Positions 33,165 to 41,516 of a stretch of 56,018 nt of DNA are shown here, in pieces. The stretch covers positions 1 to 56,018 of IMG/VR virus record IMGVR_UViG_3300046534_000888; one strand, written 5' to 3'. The stretch comes from a virus (lineage: Duplodnaviria > Caudoviricetes). A model generated the notes under the pieces. The model saw only the letters and a program-made list of their open reading frames with translations, was not told where the DNA came from and searched no databases. A program made the translations under genes and the position numbers. The first letter of the stretch is position 1, and each line of letters starts with the position of its first letter.

Positions 33165-33410
33165 TTAAATTCCTGTATTGATTTTGATGAATTGGCCATA
33201 CCACATATCCATTCGATCTTGAACCCATTTAAGGTTCGACTCGAAGATGTCTTTGATGCCGACGATGTTTCGTTCAGCATTCAAGTTGTAAACAATCGCA
33301 CGAATTCTAAGCTCGGGGCCATTAGGAACGACTTCGAATTCAAAAGAATGCGCGCCCATTCGGATTTTTTCGTTCATTTCAACAACAATTCTAGTTCTGC
33401 GATTTGGCAT
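33165..33410 (-). CDS. hypothetical early protein
   Basis: After early promoter. Confidence 0.7.
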   Translation of the reverse strand: MPNRRTRIVVEMNEKIRMGAHSFEFEVVPNGPELRIRAIVYNLNAERNIVGIKDIFESNLKWVQDRMDMWYGQFIKINTGI

Positions 33411-33476
33411 GATTAGGCTTCTCAATTAATTTATACATGTATTATATCACGGGGACCACGCCATGTCAACAACTAT

Positions 33477-33731
33477 TTACAGTTTTGATAGAATTAGTTC
33501 ATATATCGATATAATCTTTAAGTATATGGTGTCGAGATCTCGACATTGAATCCAATACAAAATTCCCACTGAAATTGCAATCACTACAACGATCTCTAAC
33601 AGTTTAACTGCGACGATGGCGAGGTAATACACCACAACAAGAGAGATAACGACTAAGATTGCAACTCCAACTGTCTCATATATCGACTGAACAATCTCAA
33701 TCACGTTTGGGTATATCCCGTTGGTATTCAT
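33477..33731 (-). CDS. membrane protein
   Basis: Hydrophobic segments. Confidence 0.55.
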   Translation of the reverse strand: MNTNGIYPNVIEIVQSIYETVGVAILVVISLVVVYYLAIVAVKLLEIVVVIAISVGILYWIQCRDLDTIYLKIISIYELILSKL

Positions 33732-33951
33732 TGATTTTATTGATCAATATTTCCACTTCGAGGGTGGCGTCTACCATTAACATCTGCACAGGCTCAAACT
33801 CCTGAGCGTATTGGCTCTTAACACCTGTATCACTATACCATCGAGCAACAACAGACATAGGAGCAGAGTGATCGTGAAGGTTCGAAAACCCAAGATAACC
33901 CTTGGTGATTCGACCTCGGTTCGCGATCAATGCATCAACAAATGGATTCAT
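33697..33951 (-). CDS. hypothetical protein
   Basis: ATGA overlap. Confidence 0.65.
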   Translation of the reverse strand: MNPFVDALIANRGRITKGYLGFSNLHDHSAPMSVVARWYSDTGVKSQYAQEFEPVQMLMVDATLEVEILINKINEYQRDIPKRD

Positions 33952-34259
33952 CGGTAATTAGCCCCGTATACGTTCCACGCAGTACAAGCACCTTCGTTCA
34001 CATCAAAGATATTTCCACGAACACCCTTGGCAGGCGCAGCCCATGAAGCCGCTTTAAGAATGTCACCATTCTCAAGGTTGATGAAGGAGTGAACCGAACC
34101 GGACTTACCGTTCTCTGACTTGATAACCTTGGCATATTTCTTGCCAATCTTGATACCAATATCAACCTTCAAAGAGTATTCCATCGAATCCATGTAGTCA
34201 TCGGTGAATTTCTGGAGGGTTCCCTTAAACTTTTCAATCTGTTCTAATACTGTATTCAT
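33948..34259 (-). CDS. conserved phage early protein
   Basis: GKKY.KV....SVH.FI....GDILKAASW.APAK..RGNI. Confidence 0.85.
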   Translation of the reverse strand: MNTVLEQIEKFKGTLQKFTDDYMDSMEYSLKVDIGIKIGKKYAKVIKSENGKSGSVHSFINLENGDILKAASWAAPAKGVRGNIFDVNEGACTAWNVYGANYR

Positions 34260-34356
34260 AATATAATCCTAAGAGTTTAACCAATCATCAAATGTCTTGT
34301 AATCAAGGCCAAGTGACTGCATTTGCGAGACATAAATGTCGTAGCGATCTTGTAAT

Positions 34357-34611
34357 TTACCCATTATCTTTCACCATTTCAAAAACGTTGTTGTATTTTA
34401 AAGACAAATCAGGCGCGAGGTATTCCATGGCCTGGGCATCGAGGAACTTGTCCCAGAAGGCGAATTGACCATCGGAGTAACAAGCAGCCATATCCCAATG
34501 CAGTGCGAAGTTATTTGGTTGATTGTCATATGTGACTAAATTTTTCATGACTAAATTTTTCATAATATAATAGTTATTTGGTTGCTCGGCATATGTGATT
34601 ATATTACGCAT
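34357..34611 (-). CDS. hypothetical protein
   Basis: Internal TY..QPNN repeat. Confidence 0.65.
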   Translation of the reverse strand: MRNIITYAEQPNNYYIMKNLVMKNLVTYDNQPNNFALHWDMAACYSDGQFAFWDKFLDAQAMEYLAPDLSLKYNNVFEMVKDNG

Positions 34612-34620
34612 AATATAATC

Positions 34621-34905
34621 CTAGTAGTAATAACGTCGAGTGTCGTCAGTGTTCTCAAAGTTCCAACGACCAACCGCATCATTGAACTCATGAACTCCGA
34701 CAGTTGTGCCGAAACGAGATGATTCCATCGACTTGGCGTCGAGGTAATTGAAGCCAGAATAATTACCAGATTCATGTAGAACAAATTCAAGAGCGGCACA
34801 TTGACCGCGGCGCATTTCAACTTGATCATCCATGCCGTGAACCAAGCTGTGGTTGATCGAATCTTTAAGAGCTTGGACATTGAAGGTTTTGGTTTTTCTG
34901 GTCAT
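34621..34905 (-). CDS. hypothetical early protein
   Basis: LE.VLH.SGNY.GF.YL. Confidence 0.8.
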   Translation of the reverse strand: MTRKTKTFNVQALKDSINHSLVHGMDDQVEMRRGQCAALEFVLHESGNYSGFNYLDAKSMESSRFGTTVGVHEFNDAVGRWNFENTDDTRRYYY

Positions 34906-34919
34906 AATATAGGCTTCTC
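34878..34919. repeat. 42-bp direct repeat (other copy 35253-35294)
   Basis: cattgaaggttttggtttttctggtcataatataggcttctc = RBS plus first 9 codons MTRKTKTFN. Confidence 0.92.
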
Positions 34920-34984
34920 AATTAATTTATACATGTATTATATCACGGTTATCGTGGTATGTCAACAACTATTTCAGAATTAGT

Positions 34985-35233
34985 TCATATATCGTTAGAA
35001 CTTTTAGTTATACGCGGCGTTTCGATGAATTCCTGTCTTTCGCCCTTTATCCATTCCCATACTGATGGTCTGTTCCATAGTCCTACCAATTTAGTATGAT
35101 GGGTAAAGGTGCTATTGGCCTTATCGCCGCAACGAGGACAGACGCCTTCAGATGAATGCCATTCATCTTGGTTTAACCATTCCCCAGTAGTTGGACAGAT
35201 TTTGACACTGCTATAATTGGTATCTAGTTCCAT
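34985..35233 (-). CDS. hypothetical Cys-containing protein
   Basis: CP.TG...CPRCG. Confidence 0.65.
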   Translation of the reverse strand: MELDTNYSSVKICPTTGEWLNQDEWHSSEGVCPRCGDKANSTFTHHTKLVGLWNRPSVWEWIKGERQEFIETPRITKSSNDI

Positions 35234-35306
35234 TCTACGACACTCACACGACCATTGAAGGTTTTGGTTTTTCTGGTCATAATATAGGCTTCTCTAGGCT
35301 TCTCAA

Positions 35307-35501
35307 TTAATTACTCCATATCCAATAAATTGTGCTAGTTAGCCCTGTTGCGATGGATAACAAAAATAACCATATGATGAATGTATCAAACCAACTCTCC
35401 GGGACGACGTCAGTCATGGCGTCCCGGATTATAATTACGAATATTGATAATCCGATGAACAACACCGAGGTCAGCATGATAGATAATGCGATTGAAAACA
35501 T
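35307..35501 (-). CDS. membrane protein
   Basis: Two hydrophobic segments. Confidence 0.7.
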   Translation of the reverse strand: MFSIALSIMLTSVLFIGLSIFVIIIRDAMTDVVPESWFDTFIIWLFLLSIATGLTSTIYWIWSN

Positions 35502-35502
35502 A

Positions 35503-35763
35503 TTATACCACCGTCACACGGTTATCGAAGTCAAGCATCATCTCCAATGGGACATAAACTTCCCCACCAACACGAGAGTTAGCAGTGTCTTCTTGACAAT
35601 CAATGACATAAAACCATGTTCCATGATCGAATATAGTCTCTTTGATCTCGCCAATGACGAATTGATCAGGATAACCCTCGGCGAGCATAGAGCGAAAATC
35701 CATCGCTTTGATGATGGTTCCAACTTCAATTCCACTGTATCTTAAATCTTCTTTATAATTCAT
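35503..35763 (-). CDS. hypothetical protein (paralog of 15085-15630 N-terminus)
   Basis: VGTIIKAMDF...SRVGGEVYVP...DFDNRV. Confidence 0.75.
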   Translation of the reverse strand: MNYKEDLRYSGIEVGTIIKAMDFRSMLAEGYPDQFVIGEIKETIFDHGTWFYVIDCQEDTANSRVGGEVYVPLEMMLDFDNRVTVV

Positions 35764-35765
35764 AA

Positions 35766-36095
35766 TTATCGTCCCATTTCAATTAACATTTCGACTTCAA
35801 GGCTGTCGTCGGGTAACACACCAGATGTTGGTGTTGTATCAAGATCGCGGCCTGTGTTCCAGAGTTCCAGTTCCGCTTCGAGTCGTTCGATTTTAGAAGC
35901 GATGCTTTCGTCGGTGATCAATAACGAGGTTTTCCAATTTACGTCCTTATCAGTGAATTCGAGAATCGCGGCACGCGAATCAGCGAACCGATCACCTGTA
36001 GGTGTAATTTGACTGAACCCAATTGCACCGCCAATAGCACGACCATTGTCATTTGCATCATAAATGGCGTATTTGACTGTAGTTGATGTTTTCAT
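35766..36095 (-). CDS. hypothetical early protein
   Basis: After early promoter. Confidence 0.75.
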   Translation of the reverse strand: MKTSTTVKYAIYDANDNGRAIGGAIGFSQITPTGDRFADSRAAILEFTDKDVNWKTSLLITDESIASKIERLEAELELWNTGRDLDTTPTSGVLPDDSLEVEMLIEMGR

Positions 36096-36313
36096 AATGT
36101 AGTCTTCTCAATTAATTTATACATGTATTATATCATGGGTACCCATGATATGTCAACAACTATTTTCAGTTATTATAGAATTAGTTTGTATATCGATATA
36201 ACTTTTAGTTATATACGGGAGTTTTGATTAGCTTGAATAGAGCAGGGTGATTACCCACGACCCATGAAGTATGCAGCGTACTCAGTTATGCTTGGAGTGT
36301 GCTATATGATACA

Positions 36314-36415
36314 TTATTGCCAAATGCAGTATTGGTAAGCAGAGGCAGCAGCTTGGCATGCTTGAAGGGAATAGAATTGGGCGATAGCTACGCCGTTGCT
36401 TATCAAGTAGTACAT
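36314..36415 (-). CDS. 33-aa peptide
   Basis: MYYLISNGVAIAQFYSLQACQAAASAYQYCIWQ, TAATG-coupled to upstream ORF. Confidence 0.45.
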   Translation of the reverse strand: MYYLISNGVAIAQFYSLQACQAAASAYQYCIWQ

Positions 36416-36639
36416 TAGTATTTTCCTAGGATAGGGCACGAGAGTTCGGCCAGTTCGATCTTCAATTGGATGATTTCATGCATTTTGGTTTGTTCGACGC
36501 GAAGGCCGCCAATTTCGACACTCATTGTCTGTAGTTCCTGATTCTGTTCATAATATCCATACCCGAAAAGGGCTGATAATATAACAAACACCACCATTGG
36601 CTTCTTGACTAACAATTCTATTATGTCTTTATATTCCAT
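36415..36639 (-). CDS. late membrane protein
   Basis: After TATAAATA (36662-36669); hydrophobic segment plus coiled coil. Confidence 0.75.
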   Translation of the reverse strand: MEYKDIIELLVKKPMVVFVILSALFGYGYYEQNQELQTMSVEIGGLRVEQTKMHEIIQLKIELAELSCPILGKY

Positions 36640-36672
36640 AGATAACTCGAGGTTGTTCTATTATTTATAATA

Positions 36673-36985
36673 AGGTCACCTTGGGTAATAAGGCGTGACC
36701 AACCTCAGATGGAGCCTAAGCCGCCATCATGTAAACGTTGTCATTTGCGTTTATATTTTTCTTATCTTTTAACGTGAATAACCACGCATTGTCAGTTTAT
36801 CTTCGGGACGATATCGATTCCAAGTCATCCCCATCAAAAACACTTTTATCATCTATCCCCGATGACTTCAGCCCAAAGACATAACGTTGTGTCTATATTG
36901 GGTTAGCTCGACAGCAAGAGTGCTTATGGTGGAGATGGCGGGATTCGAACCCGCGTCTACCGACCTATTTTCTACTTCATACAAT
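36673..36985 (-). ncRNA. ssrA: circularly permuted (two-piece) tmRNA
   Basis: Acceptor piece GCGGG-TTCGAAT-CCCGC-CATCTCC-A-CCA (ends 36927) precedes coding piece starting GGGGATG (36832); G3-U70; tag ANDNVYMMAA* at 36716-36748. Confidence 0.92.
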
Positions 36986-36994
36986 GATTTAAAA

Positions 36995-37195
36995 CTATTT
37001 CTCTTGATTTAAAACCATTTCTTTGATGTCACACGAACCACGAACCCAAGGAATACCTTTGGTTCTGAGACCTTCCATTGTGTATTCAGGGTTATGGCCT
37101 CGTTCAGGGTTACGGCCTCGATATTCAGTCTCACCGACCATGATCTTATGACCATTTTTAAAACTTCTTTCTTTCTGATTCATCTGATTCATCAC
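36995..37195 (-). CDS. hypothetical protein
   Basis: ORF track. Confidence 0.65.
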   Translation of the reverse strand: MMNQMNQKERSFKNGHKIMVGETEYRGRNPERGHNPEYTMEGLRTKGIPWVRGSCDIKEMVLNQEK

Positions 37196-37223
37196 TAATT
37201 ACCTATATTATCATTACATTAAT

Positions 37224-37298
37224 TGACCGCAAGCTAGGGAATCGAACCCCAGTTTTCAGCTTTGGAGACTGACGTGTTACCACTACACTAACATTGCT
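37224..37298 (-). tRNA. tRNA-Trp(CCA), 3' end not CCA, possibly degenerate
   Basis: TCAGT-CTCCAAA-GCTGA; D-arm GTGT-AGTGGTA-ACAC. Confidence 0.75.
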
Positions 37299-37309
37299 AT
37301 TAAACTTAT

Positions 37310-37534
37310 TTACGAACTTAGCCAAACAAACGTACCCTGATTAGTTTCAGAGATTATTGGCTTATACATATAGATCTTCTTAAACGCGATTGACCAACTT
37401 TCAATGTCAACTACACCGGATTTAGAGATATACTTTGTGTGACATAATTCACAGCACTCCATCATATGCATTATGTGATTGCCGTCTTTATGACAATCAC
37501 ATTCACATATTTTGTTTTCGCGAAGTTCACTCAT
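37310..37534 (-). CDS. hypothetical Cys/His-rich protein
   Basis: C.C.CH...H...CC..C. Confidence 0.7.
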   Translation of the reverse strand: MSELRENKICECDCHKDGNHIMHMMECCELCHTKYISKSGVVDIESWSIAFKKIYMYKPIISETNQGTFVWLSS

Positions 37535-37535
37535 T

Positions 37536-38330
37536 TTATAAATCTCTTATAATAGCGTTCTTATAAACCGCGTATTCAAGTAGCCCCATATCCACCCCCA
37601 TGCTATCAGAATAAGCGAGAAATGCCGCCGTATCCTTGGGAAAACAATGGCCACCAAATCCTAAAGAACCATCCGGTCCTGGGACTTTCATATGTGAATT
37701 ACCCATTCGCTTATCGCTAGTAAGCATGGTTGTGAATTGTTCCCAACTTGAATTGGTTTGAGTTTCCTTATGGAGTTCGAACAACTCATTCATGAAGATC
37801 ACCTTCGTTGCTAACCAACTGTTCAAGGTGTACTTGATGAGACTTGCTGTTGCAATATCGACTTTGTAAACCATGCATTCATTCACACTTGAATTGGTCA
37901 GATATGCTTTATCGACAATATCACAATCGTCTAACTGACCACCCAGAACTTGCATTGGGGGATTACAGAAATCATCATGAGCATTTGCTTCTGTGAGAAA
38001 TTCAGGATTATATACAATCCGCAATGAGTGATCAACAAGGAATTTTCCAAGATAATCTGGTGTAATTGTGCTTTTGATTACTACGATGCCATCATATCCC
38101 ATTGCATCAATGTCAACCAAGACCTTATCGATTATGGAAACATCGACTGCACCAAAGTCAGATTCAGGTGTGGGTAAACAAATGAAGATGAGTGTGGGGT
38201 TTTGTTCGACGCACTCAGCAAGAGTGGTTTTTGTGTAGCGAGGGTCGACAATGATCTGTTCCACATCTTTATTGAAGCCGTGTGCAACACTACCACCGAC
38301 AAACCCCTTTCCGACGATTCCTATTTTCAT
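37536..38330 (-). CDS. UDP-glucose/GDP-mannose dehydrogenase family protein (short form)
   Basis: IGIVG.GFVG, CLPTP, IKST, NPEFL, GFGG.CFPKD. Confidence 0.9.
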   Translation of the reverse strand: MKIGIVGKGFVGGSVAHGFNKDVEQIIVDPRYTKTTLAECVEQNPTLIFICLPTPESDFGAVDVSIIDKVLVDIDAMGYDGIVVIKSTITPDYLGKFLVDHSLRIVYNPEFLTEANAHDDFCNPPMQVLGGQLDDCDIVDKAYLTNSSVNECMVYKVDIATASLIKYTLNSWLATKVIFMNELFELHKETQTNSSWEQFTTMLTSDKRMGNSHMKVPGPDGSLGFGGHCFPKDTAAFLAYSDSMGVDMGLLEYAVYKNAIIRDL

Positions 38331-38593
38331 TTGTTCCCCCTAACCGCATTCGAAGCAAATAAGACTAATAACCAGAAGGCAGACATTAAAGTATAACCAT
38401 TCACATCAATTCCCAACCCAAAGAGGGAATTGAGTGACCATATAGTCAGTAATGGTATGGCAGCCAATAAGGCTAATACAAGTGCAATCGCGGCAAGGAT
38501 TACCAGTACCCAACCAACAAACCCCTTTTTAGATTTAGCCCATTTCAAGACATTATGCATCCGCCATTTAAACGTTAGATTCAATTTTGGCAT
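38327..38593 (-). CDS. membrane protein
   Basis: P.L.IWSLN.LF. Confidence 0.75.
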   Translation of the reverse strand: MPKLNLTFKWRMHNVLKWAKSKKGFVGWVLVILAAIALVLALLAAIPLLTIWSLNSLFGLGIDVNGYTLMSAFWLLVLFASNAVRGNK

Positions 38594-38736
38594 TCCTATT
38601 CCTGTTCATATTTTGTTAATGTATATACATTATATCACAATTAGTACGATTTGTCAATACTTATTACATCATTTATCTGTATGGGCGTCTCAAATAACGG
38701 TTAACGTCCTTGTAACCGTTAGATTCGATCCAAGCC

Positions 38737-38985
38737 TTACTTCATTTCACATTTAAAAGATTCCTTTAAATGTGATTCAATTTGTGATCTATGCAATATT
38801 CCAATATCGCGTAAAATACTATCTGGTAGCTTCTCAACTTCACGTAGCGCCTTACGATATCTTAGATGGCATACGAATCTTTCAGTTAGCGCCTTGATTT
38901 TGCTTGTGATGGGTTGTATCAATCTGGTTAAATTACTGTTCGTGACATATACAATGTAAGCGAAAGCACCAATAGTTGTTCTCAT
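38737..38985 (-). CDS. DUF1127 (YjiS-like) domain protein
   Basis: R.AL.E...L.D..LRDIG...R.QI. Confidence 0.7.
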   Translation of the reverse strand: MRTTIGAFAYIVYVTNSNLTRLIQPITSKIKALTERFVCHLRYRKALREVEKLPDSILRDIGILHRSQIESHLKESFKCEMK

Positions 38986-39063
38986 TTCTTTTCTGTTCTC
39001 ATTAATTATTAAAGAATGCTGTAGGATTACAACATTTGTTAATAATTCAATTCATATAACCCT

Positions 39064-39504
39064 TCAGCATTCTTTCCTTTTAATCCTTGATGATGCATTT
39101 CTCATGTACTCCAACCTTGCTAAACTAAAATAGGTCCTGATAAAAAAGGTCATAACCAATAGCATCATCGCGCCTAGGTAATCATACATCAACCAGAAAT
39201 AGTTAATCATCTCCGACCCATGTTTATGTCCCCCAATATCAGCACCACTCAAGTTTATGGTTTGCAGTATGATATATAAAACCGCTTGAATTAAAATGAC
39301 CGTGAGCAACACCATCGTGAGCTTCATTGTCGATTTCTTGGAAAATGCACAAAAGAAGACATTTTCGATACGACGATCAAAATAGGTATTTTTGTATTTT
39401 TGGTAGTTCCTCATAACCAAATCCATACAAAAGGTTGTATTGATCATCACGACCGAATACAATACCATTATAATTACACTTACCACTTCTATAATTGAAA
39501 ACAT
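39064..39504 (-). CDS. membrane protein
   Basis: Three hydrophobic segments. Confidence 0.7.
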   Translation of the reverse strand: MFSIIEVVSVIIMVLYSVVMINTTFCMDLVMRNYQKYKNTYFDRRIENVFFCAFSKKSTMKLTMVLLTVILIQAVLYIILQTINLSGADIGGHKHGSEMINYFWLMYDYLGAMMLLVMTFFIRTYFSLARLEYMRNASSRIKRKEC

Positions 39505-39785
39505 TAGACACCCTTTAATCCAAAGAAATAAGAAATTGAAAGCAATATCGCAGTACCCCCTATAGAGACTCCGAGCCATTTGATGGCCTGTCCTATAAGT
39601 TTCTGATTCGCCATTTCGATTTCAAGATACCTAATTCTATCCAAGATATCTTCATCTTTCAATTGTTCTAAATGTATCCCCAATCTATCTACGGCTCGCT
39701 CAAGGGTGTTTATTAAACCCGTTGCTCTTTCCTCATGTATCTCAAGTTGTTGCAGCCTATGTATAACATCTCTATCATCTGCCAC
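39504..39785 (-). CDS. late coiled-coil membrane protein (possibly lysis-related)
   Basis: After TATAAATA (39818-39825); C-terminal hydrophobic segment. Confidence 0.7.
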   Translation of the reverse strand: MADDRDVIHRLQQLEIHEERATGLINTLERAVDRLGIHLEQLKDEDILDRIRYLEIEMANQKLIGQAIKWLGVSIGGTAILLSISYFFGLKGV

Positions 39786-39828
39786 TCTTATTACCTTTTA
39801 AATGAAGTGCAAACAACTATTTATATGA

Positions 39829-41145
39829 TCAGAACTTTAAGTCACCGAGAAACTGTTCCTTAGCTGAGGTAGTTTTCCAATATTTCGCATCAATTTTCAC
39901 ATTTGCAATCTGTTTTTTAAGTTCATCAACCATTTCTTTCGTCAGGGTCATTATGTTCAGACGTAATAGGCGATCACAGTCTTCATTGGTTTTAGCTTCG
40001 GTTTCATTCTTTATTTGAGCGACAACCTTGACTTTCGTCTTTCCCTTGAATGATATGTTATCATCCAACACAGCTTCAATGAATTCACGTTTGATATCCA
40101 ACCACCGTAGGGTTTCGTTACATTCAATCAGTTTGTTCGCTATTCGCGAATCGAGCACGACCATTTTGAAATTCACAAAGTCGGCAATCAAATCTCGTTC
40201 GTCATGGTATTCCTTGAGATTACCTTCGGCATCGATCACGGTAAGATTCTCGGCATACGTCTTCTCAAGTTTAAACATCTTGACGATCTTTGCGTCAGTG
40301 TTTAAAGTCTTGGCAACAGAGTTCTTTAACTTGATTTCAAATTGAAAACCATTGGTTGAACATTGATCTTCATAGTCAACAATGTTGTTATCATCTTCAA
40401 GCTTGTCGAGTATTTTGACATATGTCTCGCGATCATAACCGTATGGAATTTCCGTTATAAGAATCTTCGTATTTGATGGACGTTCATATAAACCCCGAGA
40501 CAGAAATCGATCTGCAACAGCATCGTAAGATGTGGTACCCTTGAAGTCAGGGAAAGTGATCGGCAATCGTTTCGCGATCTTTCCACGTTTAACATAATCC
40601 GAACATGCCTTGATTATATCCGCTTCACCTCGTGGCAATATAGTTGTTGCAAAACCTGTGGCAATACCCTTAACTCCATTTGATAACACAAGTGGAATAA
40701 CCGGAATGTAATATTTTGGCGGCATATGTTCAGGGTCGTCATGCTCAGGAGACAAGTTAATGTCCTTGATGTACTTACCAAAGTTCGCGTGAAGGCGGGT
40801 ATAGACGTAGCGAGCTGCGCCTGCCGCCTGTATCTGTCGAGTTCCGAATGAACCACGACCTTCCACAAGACGTATATTGTTATTCCAATCCGCAGCCATC
40901 AATTGGCCCGCACCGGCAGCACTTGTCTCGCCGTGATTGTAACCGTAATCAGATATGATACCTGATATGGCAGAGACCTTTTTAAACTCCTTAGAGGAGT
41001 TAACAATCGATGAATAGAGATAGAAGCGCTGCACAGGTTTTAGCCCGTCAACAGCACTTGGAATCGCTCGATTCTCGATGGTGTACATTGCAAACTCCTT
41101 CATCTCATTATTTGCAATGTCGGTTATACTGTATAATTCTGTCAT
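39829..41145 (-). CDS. 52: DNA topoisomerase II medium subunit (T4 gp52)
   Basis: RAIP..VDGLKPVQR, YNHGE.S, G.FG.R...AARY. Confidence 0.96.
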   Translation of the reverse strand: MTELYSITDIANNEMKEFAMYTIENRAIPSAVDGLKPVQRFYLYSSIVNSSKEFKKVSAISGIISDYGYNHGETSAAGAGQLMAADWNNNIRLVEGRGSFGTRQIQAAGAARYVYTRLHANFGKYIKDINLSPEHDDPEHMPPKYYIPVIPLVLSNGVKGIATGFATTILPRGEADIIKACSDYVKRGKIAKRLPITFPDFKGTTSYDAVADRFLSRGLYERPSNTKILITEIPYGYDRETYVKILDKLEDDNNIVDYEDQCSTNGFQFEIKLKNSVAKTLNTDAKIVKMFKLEKTYAENLTVIDAEGNLKEYHDERDLIADFVNFKMVVLDSRIANKLIECNETLRWLDIKREFIEAVLDDNISFKGKTKVKVVAQIKNETEAKTNEDCDRLLRLNIMTLTKEMVDELKKQIANVKIDAKYWKTTSAKEQFLGDLKF

Positions 41146-41355
41146 TTATTTTTCTCTTAATAAGATGTTGTAAGTATCCCACAATTCTTGGTCAGTGATC
41201 ATATCAGGTACACTATAATTCCAATTCCATCTGTCACTAAAGCCACCAGTGAATGAACCCATTAATTGCAATGTTTCAGATTCCATTGCCTCGTATGGTA
41301 CAAAGGAACCTTTAACTAAGGCGATAAGATCATTTCTGTTCAATTCAATTTTCAT
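41146..41355 (-). CDS. hypothetical early protein
   Basis: After early promoter inserted between topoisomerase genes. Confidence 0.75.
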   Translation of the reverse strand: MKIELNRNDLIALVKGSFVPYEAMESETLQLMGSFTGGFSDRWNWNYSVPDMITDQELWDTYNILLREK

Positions 41356-41516
41356 AATATAGGCTTCTCAATTAATTTATACATGTATTATATCACGGCC
41401 AATGACCGCTGTCAACAACTTAGTTCATATATCGTTAGAATTAGTTGTTATAACACCGAATGCTTCATGAAGCAAGGTTAACCCTTTACCACATTCGAAG
41501 CATTCAGTGTAAGCAG

